Part shown: piece by piece, positions 37,001 to 43,689 of the stretch
Layout: each line of letters begins with the position of its first letter
Numbering within the stretch: the stretch's first letter is position 1
Source of the DNA: Minisyncoccota bacterium
GTDB taxonomy: Bacteria; Patescibacteriota; Minisyncoccia; Phycocordibacterales; UBA12079
Reading direction: 5' to 3'
Assembly: GCA_023129575.1 (NCBI GenBank)
Contig: JAGMBS010000001.1
Span: 1-58,602, forward strand
DNA length: 58,602 bases
The notes under the pieces: model-generated
What the model saw: the letters and a program-made list of their open reading frames with translations, nothing else
Database searches by the model: none
What the model was told of the DNA's origin: nothing
Made by a program: the position numbers and the translations under genes

Positions 37001-38139
37001 TAATTTAACTTGACTTTTTTGTTTATAGTATCAAACCAGGATTTCTGCAGGGCGTTTAGGTATTCTCCTTCGGTCCGGTATGTTTTTTGAACGAGATCTG
37101 TGTAGGCCTTTTCTTTGAATTGAGACAAAAGCGCCGGATATTGCTGGGCTTTGACGAGATTTCGAACAAAACAGGCCCGGTCGCCAACATCGCACAGGAG
37201 CGAATTATTGCTACTTAATATCTCTCCCGCTATGCCGACCTTAGTAGTCAGAACCGGACAATGAGAAGCAATCGCCTCCACCAAAGAAAGCCCGTAGCCC
37301 TCATAATCCGAGCTTGAGAGAAAAAGATCGGCTGTTTTGTAATATGTGAGCGGGTCATTCGTCCATTTTTTGAAAATAATATTTTCTTCAAGCCCGGCTC
37401 GCCTGACCTGCCGTCTCAATGTCTTTCGTGACGAACCAGCGCCGATAATAATCAGACCGGTTTTGGGAAAAATTGCTGTAACTTTTTGCATCGCCGCAAT
37501 CGCCATTGAAATATTTTTTTCCTTTTCCAAACGGCTCATCATTAAAATAATAAATTTAAACCGAGGATATTGTTTGTGAAGATTTAGACCGACTCTGGTT
37601 TGTTGAATTCGCGCCAGATCCGTAAAAATCGGCAAAACAACCGTTTTTTCTTGAAGTTTTTCGGGCAAAGATTTTTTAATTCTTTTTGAAACCGCTCGGA
37701 GACAGTCCGCTTTTGGCAATAAAAAATTGGCGGCCGCGGACCTCATTCTGTTGGCAATTGAATGTTTTATAAAATAAGGATTAAAAATATCGGTATGAAT
37801 TTGGAATTCCAATTTGGTTTTAAGTTTTTTGGCGATTCGCCAAGCTATCAGCCCAATTTCGTAAGGGTCTTGAGAGGTAACCAAATCAATGTCCCGCAAT
37901 TTGGAAGCGATTTTAACAGCGTCCAACATATAAGCGAATTTACTTGACGAATTTGTGGGAAAGATCCAAATATTTTTGGCTATTTTCATTTCTTTCCCGG
38001 GGGTCGCGTTTTCTGATTTTTTGTTCAAGACAATGATATAAAGCTTATTGACCAACATGCCATAGTTAAACATCCGCTGGCGAACTGCGCTATTTTCGTC
38101 AAATATTTTTTTGTCCACGCTTATCATTAAGATATTCAT
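37000..38139 (-). CDS. GT4-family glycosyltransferase
   Basis: The ORF is open to 38166. ATG at 38139 (MNILMISVDKKIF) is the likely start. MSRLEKEKN, SDYEGYGLSLVEAIASHCPVLTTKVG. Confidence 0.8.
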   Translation of the reverse strand: MNILMISVDKKIFDENSAVRQRMFNYGMLVNKLYIIVLNKKSENATPGKEMKIAKNIWIFPTNSSSKFAYMLDAVKIASKLRDIDLVTSQDPYEIGLIAWRIAKKLKTKLEFQIHTDIFNPYFIKHSIANRMRSAAANFLLPKADCLRAVSKRIKKSLPEKLQEKTVVLPIFTDLARIQQTRVGLNLHKQYPRFKFIILMMSRLEKEKNISMAIAAMQKVTAIFPKTGLIIIGAGSSRKTLRRQVRRAGLEENIIFKKWTNDPLTYYKTADLFLSSSDYEGYGLSLVEAIASHCPVLTTKVGIAGEILSSNNSLLCDVGDRACFVRNLVKAQQYPALLSQFKEKAYTDLVQKTYRTEGEYLNALQKSWFDTINKKVKLN

Positions 38140-38280
38140 CCCGTTAGAGAGAACCCCCCTATGCAAAGAAATTCTCTAAATTTAATTAAAATTAAATAAT
38201 ACCTATTGTTTGAAAATAAATCCCTATTCTCTAACGGGATTCATCTCCCCAGTATATCAAAAACACCCCTATAATAACAT

Positions 38281-38312
38281 AGCGAACGGCTCAACGAGTT
38301 GAGCCGTTCGCT
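38281..38312. terminator. Perfect palindrome AGCGAACGGCTCAAC-ga-GTTGAGCCGTTCGCT downstream of the 38336-39439 gene; core shared with 49774-49803
   Basis: 15-bp perfect stem read directly. The identical 26-nt core GAACGGCTCAACGAGTTGAGCCGTTC occurs again at 49777-49802. Confidence 0.75.
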
Positions 38313-38335
38313 ATGTTTAGGTTGAAAAATAAGGG

Positions 38336-39439
38336 TTATTGCGATTTTTTCAGCAATTTCTCCAAATTATCCAAAGTGTTTTGGATTGAAAATTGTTTTG
38401 ATTTTTGGTAGGCGTTTTGAATAATTTTTTGCCTAAAATTATCGTTTCTGAAAATCTTCAAAACAGCATTTTTAATTTCTTCTTTATTATTCGGCTCAAT
38501 CAAAATCCCTTCTTTATTATTTTCGATCAATTCCGAATTACCGCCTATATTGGTTGTAATAATCGGAACCATAGCATTAGAAGCTTCTAAAAGAAGATGT
38601 GCGAAACCCTCGTATTTCGTATTTAATACAAACATATCCACTTCCCGCATATATTTCAAAACCTCTTTTTTTTCTAATTGCCCCGTTAAAATAACTTTGC
38701 CTTGTAAATTTAATCCGTCAATTGTCTTTTTTAATTCTTCTTTTTGAGGACCGCTTCCCACAATCACCAATTTCGCTTCCGGGATTTCTTTTAGAATATC
38801 CGGCATCGTTTCAATCAAAACTTTAAAACCTTTCCACGGCACCAACCGCCCCACTGACAAAATAATCTTCTCCTCTCTTGGAGGCCTTGTCTCTAACAAA
38901 TTTTGCGGTGTTAATTTTATGCCATTGTAAATTACATTGATTTTTTCCGGCTGAATACTCCAATTGACAATAATTGTTTTGAAATAATGACTGGGGACTA
39001 TCACAACATCCGCCGCTTTGGCAACTTTGGTCTGAATTTTTTTAAAAAGTTGAACAAAAAAAGAATACCCTTTTTGTTTGGCGGAAAAATCATCAAGATT
39101 GTCTTTGACGCCAAATCTTTGAACCCCTTGCTCCCAAGCGTAATCTCCCGCAATCCGAATAAAAAATCTCTTTCTCAAAATTTTATTAGCCAGCATTGTC
39201 GGCAGACCGACACTGACTGGATCTTGCGCGTAAATAATATCCGCTGATTTTCCCCGTTTAAGAACTTTGAAAAAATAGACGATATGCCTGATTATTTTGG
39301 GCAGATGACGGACTTCGCCAAATGACAAAATTTCCACTTCAAAACCGCGTTTCGGTAATTCGTCAAATAACAATTTTGAATAAGTCGCCGGCCCTCCAAT
39401 ATCCGGCGGATATATTCCTGTTGTAATTAAAATTTTCAT
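38336..39439 (-). CDS. GT4-family glycosyltransferase
   Basis: 367 aa. MKILITTGIYPPDIGGPATY, VGRLVPWKGF, YEGFAHLLLEASNAMVPIITTNIGGNSE. Confidence 0.9.
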   Translation of the reverse strand: MKILITTGIYPPDIGGPATYSKLLFDELPKRGFEVEILSFGEVRHLPKIIRHIVYFFKVLKRGKSADIIYAQDPVSVGLPTMLANKILRKRFFIRIAGDYAWEQGVQRFGVKDNLDDFSAKQKGYSFFVQLFKKIQTKVAKAADVVIVPSHYFKTIIVNWSIQPEKINVIYNGIKLTPQNLLETRPPREEKIILSVGRLVPWKGFKVLIETMPDILKEIPEAKLVIVGSGPQKEELKKTIDGLNLQGKVILTGQLEKKEVLKYMREVDMFVLNTKYEGFAHLLLEASNAMVPIITTNIGGNSELIENNKEGILIEPNNKEEIKNAVLKIFRNDNFRQKIIQNAYQKSKQFSIQNTLDNLEKLLKKSQ

Positions 39440-39452
39440 AATAATATTATAT

Positions 39453-39475
39453 TGACGGACGTCCGACGTCCGTCA
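39453..39475. repeat. REP-like palindrome copy 1: TGACGGACG-TCCGA-CGTCCGTCA
   Basis: 9-bp perfect arms. It overlaps the last codons (LTDVGRPSI-stop) of the RayT-like ORF. Confidence 0.9.
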
Positions 39476-39947
39476 GATATCGTTCGTTTTTTATCCATTC
39501 TTCCATCTCTTTTTTATATTCTTCTCCGCTTGTGTGAAATATCTTCAAAAAAAGTTCCCGATTTGATACGTCTGCAAACTCACTATTCCCTTTTCCTATA
39601 ATATCGCGATAATTAGACCAACGATATTCTTCAAGAAATTTTATAGCTCCCTTCGTATCTTTAATTCCTTTTTCTTTCCATTTTGGCTGAAATAAATCAA
39701 GAGGATTGAGATGAATATAAAATGGCAAATATAATAATTGCGCGTCTTTATTTACAAGAACCTTTTTTGATCGCCCTTGAAATAATACCCCGCTTCTATT
39801 ATTTCGCTCATTAAAATATTTTGTGTATCCCCCAAAAATTTTCTTAGAAAAATTACTTATACCTTCTTTTTTTCTTTCCATTACCATAATGTGGGGATGA
39901 TTCGGCATCAAAGCCCAACAAATAACATCAACAATTTTATCTTGTCC

Positions 39948-39970
39948 TGACGGACGTCCGACGTCCGTCA
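39948..39970. repeat. REP-like palindrome copy 2 (identical to copy 1), inside the RayT-like ORF
   Basis: Identical 23-mer, translated in frame as LTDVGRPS between the N-terminal strand and the HUH motif. Confidence 0.9.
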
Positions 39971-40172
39971 GAGAATATTTATCTGCTCTTCTGCGAAAAT
40001 AAGATTGTTCCGCGTTATGTATGCTGTTAAAATCGCCTAAATTGTGAACAAAACGAATACGGTCTTTGTTATCAAGACAAATTTTTCTTTTTTCCACACC
40101 CCTATTAAAAATATGATACAAATCTCCTTTCACCAATTTAATGATACCATATTTGAATATAATGCACCTGCT

Positions 40173-40195
40173 TGACGGACGTCGGACGTCCGTCA
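40173..40195. repeat. REP-like palindrome copy 3 (loop inverted: TCGGA)
   Basis: Same arms with the central pentamer reverse-complemented, so this is the opposite orientation. It lies in the 5' extension of, or upstream from, the RayT-like gene. Confidence 0.9.
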
Positions 40196-40404
40196 AGTGT
40201 GCTCTTGGCAAAAAGCAAAATCCCGCCCAATAAAATTGCTTTTTTGGTATTTAGGCAGTAGTATTAAGATACTTGTGAATAGCAATAATGAACTTTTTAT
40301 AAGAAAACAATTCGCATAAAAACGAGTTAAATCCAATAGCGATTGTAATTAATAATCCCGCCCATTTTGCGAAAGTTTTTAAACAGCAACAGATTAATAA
40401 AAAT

Positions 40405-40749
40405 ATGAAAGTTACAAATTCCAAAATCAGTTTATTTGTTCAATTTATTTTAATTGTTCTCGTCTGGAGTTCTCCTTTTTGGCTAAGTTGGAAACTGATT
40501 TTGGCAGGGATTTTTATTTATTATCTTCAATTAATTGTTTTTAAGGAAGATTTTTTCACAAAACGAAATTTTAATACTAAAGAGCGTGGAGAAATGACTT
40601 TTTATTCTTTTGTTTTGGAAAAAATTGGAATAGGTGTTGATAGAAAGAGAATGCAATTAATTTCAGATTATATTTTTCCTTGGGTAATTTTTGCTGTTAC
40701 TTATTATTGGCAAATTTTTCTTGGGAATTTAGTTTGGTTAAGTTTCTAA
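40405..40749 (+). CDS. Hypothetical small membrane protein
   Basis: 114 aa with 3-4 hydrophobic segments. The only plus-strand ORF in this stretch. No family recognised. Confidence 0.4.
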   Translation: MKVTNSKISLFVQFILIVLVWSSPFWLSWKLILAGIFIYYLQLIVFKEDFFTKRNFNTKERGEMTFYSFVLEKIGIGVDRKRMQLISDYIFPWVIFAVTYYWQIFLGNLVWLSF

Positions 40750-40973
40750 AAACTTTCGCTTTTTCCTGCTCTAAAAATAGCAATCGTTACTTCTCCAATT
40801 TTCTTCGAAAATCTCGACTTTTTGATAAATCAAAAAGGAATTTAACAAGGGATAAAGAGTTTCACCTTCACTTTATCGTTCGGTTCCACCTAAATTCTTT
40901 TCCAGCTCGAGCATGTGAGGTTCCGTTCCAGTCTCGAGGTCAGAAAAATTTTCCTTATCCCCAATGTTGTCTA

Positions 40974-42152
40974 TTATTTAATCATTTTCTCAAAAATATT
41001 CTGCATCTTTTTTGCGATTAAATTCCAATCGTATTTTTGGGCAATTAATTGGGAGGCGTTTTGGGTGAGGGTGTTTGCGAGATTTGGATTGTTTAGGAGT
41101 AATTGGATTTTTTCGGCGATTGATTTTGGATTTTGAACTTCGCAAAAAAGTCCCGTCTCGCCGTCTTTCAAAAAATCAGGGATACCGCCAACCGGCGTTC
41201 CGATTACCGGCGTTCCCGCCGCCATCGCTTCCAAAAAAACATTTCCCAAACCTTCCGAGAGTGAAGGTCTAACAAATACATCCGCCAGAGCATAATAACT
41301 TGGCAATTCGCTGTGGTCAATATGTCCAAGAAAAATTATTTTGTTTTGGAGATTTAATTCTTTCGCCAAATTTTTCAATTTTTCTTCATCCTCCCCCGCG
41401 CCGGCGATTAAAATTTTAAATGGGAAATTCAGATATTGCCCCGCTTTAATCAAATCCTCAATACCATTCTTTTTAACCAATCGTGAAACCGTCAAAATCA
41501 CCTTTTCATTTTCTTTAATCTTTAATTCTTCTCTTAATTTTTGACTTTTGACTTTTGACTTTTGACTTTTGAACTTGTTTATATCTACTCCATTAGGAAT
41601 CACTTCAATCGGACAAGTCGCTCCCATCTTTTTCGCCCAGTCCGCCAAATAAGAACTAATGCATTGAATTCGGTCGGCTCGCCTGAAGATGTTTCTGAAT
41701 TGTTTTTTTATAAAACGAGTTCTTTTTTCAATATGTTCCGGGCTGTCACCTTCTTGAAGCGTGAGCAGAAAGCGGGGGGCGGCCTTTGCCGAAGGCAAAG
41801 GCCGCTTTCTTTCCTTTGAAATAAATCTGGACGCCGCCAAAGCGCCATAACTCGCCATTATCGCCCAAGCGATATCATAATTGTTTTGCCTCTGCAATTT
41901 TCCGGCCATCCGATGGCCGTGGAATGCTAAAAGCAATTTATCTATTTTTGGATGTCCAATCCCAATTCTAAAAACCGTGATATTTCCAATTTTTTCCTGT
42001 TTAGGTAATTTCTTATCCATCCGAGCCGTTATCATATGAAATTCCATATCAGATATTCGGTCCGTAATTTCCTTAACCGCCACTTCCGCCCCGCCGACAA
42101 ACGGGAAATAAGCCGTTGAAAATATAAGAATTTTTTTAGATATTTGGGTCAT
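40974..42152 (-). CDS. GT4-family glycosyltransferase containing a (AAAAGTC)4 tandem repeat and a GC-rich palindrome
   Basis: The ORF is open to 42173. ATG at 42152 (MTQISKKILIFSTAYFPFVGGAEVAV) is the likely start. VSRLVKKNGIEDL, PSLSEGLGNVFLEAMAAGTPVIGTPVGGIPD. Confidence 0.85.
   Translation of the reverse strand: MTQISKKILIFSTAYFPFVGGAEVAVKEITDRISDMEFHMITARMDKKLPKQEKIGNITVFRIGIGHPKIDKLLLAFHGHRMAGKLQRQNNYDIAWAIMASYGALAASRFISKERKRPLPSAKAAPRFLLTLQEGDSPEHIEKRTRFIKKQFRNIFRRADRIQCISSYLADWAKKMGATCPIEVIPNGVDINKFKSQKSKVKSQKLREELKIKENEKVILTVSRLVKKNGIEDLIKAGQYLNFPFKILIAGAGEDEEKLKNLAKELNLQNKIIFLGHIDHSELPSYYALADVFVRPSLSEGLGNVFLEAMAAGTPVIGTPVGGIPDFLKDGETGLFCEVQNPKSIAEKIQLLLNNPNLANTLTQNASQLIAQKYDWNLIAKKMQNIFEKMIK
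41543..41570. repeat. Tandem heptanucleotide repeat (GACTTTT)x4 on the plus strand, (AAAAGTC)x4 in the coding sense
   Basis: Four perfect 7-nt units followed by a degenerate fifth (GAACTTG). It encodes KFKSQKSKVKSQK within the GT4 gene. Confidence 0.9.
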
Positions 42153-43689
42153 TTTTATCCAATTTAACGACAAAAACCATACCGGCTATGGCTATTATGG
42201 TAATACCCAGCAAAGAAAAAGCCCATTTATTAAAAGGAGATTTTTTAGCAGTTTGTTTAGCGATTGGATTTGACGATGTCGGACCCGCTAATGTTAAATT
42301 CGGCGTCAAAGCCGCGCCGGCAATTGCTGCCATTTGATTTGAATTTTCCGCTACAATCGGCTGTTTTTGAACCGCATTCGCATCAAATTGAGGCGGATTT
42401 TGGGTGAATGCGGTTTTTACAACAAAATTGGCGGTTTTCTTAGGAATATCCGGACTAATTTTTTTTGTTTCCGCATATTCAAAAGCCAACCTCCCGTTTG
42501 GGTAAAGTAATTGAATTTGACTATTTTCTCGCGGAAAAAGATTGCTTATTCTGGCTGAAAATTTAATCCGGCTTTTCGGCAAAAGAATGGTATTTTTCGG
42601 AATTGTCCAATAATTATTGTCCGCTCTTAAGCGCCACCAAGACAGATTAAGTTCATAAGCAGAAGGATTATGAAGTTCAATAAAATTATTGTCAAAATTG
42701 GTTCCCAGTTCCGAAATAATGATGTCGGACGGAATAACTTTTATTTTCAAACGGGTGGCAGAGGAGCATTCGCCTGAAATAACTTCCAAAACCGCCATAT
42801 AATCACTTGGATATTGGTAATTGTGCAGAACTTTTTGCCCCGCGGCTTTTGAGCCGTCGCCAAATGTCCATTGGTATTTTGCGTTTTGCAAAGGTCTGTT
42901 TTGAATACCAAAGGCCTGGGCTTCAAAAAGAAAATCCGCGCCCGCGATTGGCGTGTCAGTCGGCGGAATAATCCGGGCGGAAATTCGCGGTTCAATATAT
43001 TCCGGAACGGGTGGAGTTGGATTATCATTTTCAGTTTGCGGAGTTTCGGGAAGGCTTGGCGGGTCAATTTCTTCTAAAAATTTTTCAATGACAACAATAC
43101 CATCAATCGGCAAATTGCAAGTGGTTGCTTCACCGGGGGTTGGAGCGCAAGCGCCCCAGCTTCCGTCACTTATTTTTTGAAATGAATTGCCAATATCTTT
43201 ATTCTCCGCAAAAGGAAAATATGACGCCTGAATAACATTTTTTGAGTCAGAGTCTTTAATAATGAGAGTCTCTCCACTCTCTTTGTTGATTAGAGAACCA
43301 AATTTAGAATTAAGAATTGTACCAGAAAAATTAGGCCAATCTGTTAAAAATGTACTCTCATCTCCATCTTTAATATCCGCCACAATTAAATACTCTTTAG
43401 GTTCCAACGCAAAACTACCCTGAATTACTGAAAAAGGGTGTCCACCGTCCTTATCAACTAATTTCCACCCTGTCAGATTTTCAACTTTCTCCAAATCCGA
43501 ATTATAAATCTCAATCCATTCCCTGCCCCCATCAGCTTTTGAGCCAAGGGCATCTTCGCCTGGGTCATACATTATCTCGGTAATTTCAATTTGGGCAAAA
43601 AGAAAAAGCGGCGCGCAAAAAAGAAAGAAAAGGGCGATTGCCGCAGGCAATCGCCCTTTGTATTTATTTATTTTCCGGTCTTTTAACAT
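42136..43689 (-). CDS. Secreted/membrane-anchored lamin-tail-domain protein (LTD-PKD-LTD, C-terminal TM)
   Basis: 517 aa. Signal-like N-terminus, LTD motifs ITEIMYDP...REWIEIYN and NFIELHNPS...WWRL, PKD-like YQWTFGDGS, C-terminal hydrophobic WAFSLLGITIIAIAGMVFVV. Confidence 0.8.
   Translation of the reverse strand: MLKDRKINKYKGRLPAAIALFFLFCAPLFLFAQIEITEIMYDPGEDALGSKADGGREWIEIYNSDLEKVENLTGWKLVDKDGGHPFSVIQGSFALEPKEYLIVADIKDGDESTFLTDWPNFSGTILNSKFGSLINKESGETLIIKDSDSKNVIQASYFPFAENKDIGNSFQKISDGSWGACAPTPGEATTCNLPIDGIVVIEKFLEEIDPPSLPETPQTENDNPTPPVPEYIEPRISARIIPPTDTPIAGADFLFEAQAFGIQNRPLQNAKYQWTFGDGSKAAGQKVLHNYQYPSDYMAVLEVISGECSSATRLKIKVIPSDIIISELGTNFDNNFIELHNPSAYELNLSWWRLRADNNYWTIPKNTILLPKSRIKFSARISNLFPRENSQIQLLYPNGRLAFEYAETKKISPDIPKKTANFVVKTAFTQNPPQFDANAVQKQPIVAENSNQMAAIAGAALTPNLTLAGPTSSNPIAKQTAKKSPFNKWAFSLLGITIIAIAGMVFVVKLDKNDPNI
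43629..43659 (-). terminator. Perfect 14-bp hairpin plus U-rich tail immediately after the upstream stop codon, inside the LTD ORF
   Basis: AAAGGGCGATTGCC-gca-GGCAATCGCCCTTT. On the minus strand it is followed by TTCTTTCTTTTTT. It starts 5 nt after the stop (43664) of the ATPase gene. Confidence 0.6.

Larger units (their letters stand above)
39447..40211 (-). mobile_element. RayT/IS200-like HUH Y1 transposase (REP-associated tyrosine transposase-like) gene
   Basis: YHIFNRG, MPNHPHIMV (HUH-type H-x-H) and LPFYIHLNPL (catalytic Tyr). The ORF is open from TTG 40211, but the conserved core begins near TTG/GTG 40136/40133. Three copies of one palindrome lie at both ends and in the middle. Confidence 0.8.

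Noticed and set aside
40680-41136. Plus-strand ORFs 40680-41021 and 40915-41136 in or near the gap after the small membrane protein
   Set aside because: They have no motifs, and the second is antisense to the GT4 3' end. The 40750-40973 gap may hold a decayed gene fragment, but I could not support any call.
41543-41570. Possibility that the tandem repeats or recurrent palindromes represent a CRISPR array
   Set aside because: There is no alternation of 25-40 nt repeats with unique spacers anywhere. The units are 7 nt and contiguous, and the palindromes are isolated single copies. No cas genes were seen.
42747-43180. ORFs 42747-43067 (minus strand, alternate frame) and 42871-43077 / 42953-43180 (plus strand) inside the LTD gene
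   Set aside because: They are out of frame or antisense relative to a domain-supported CDS.
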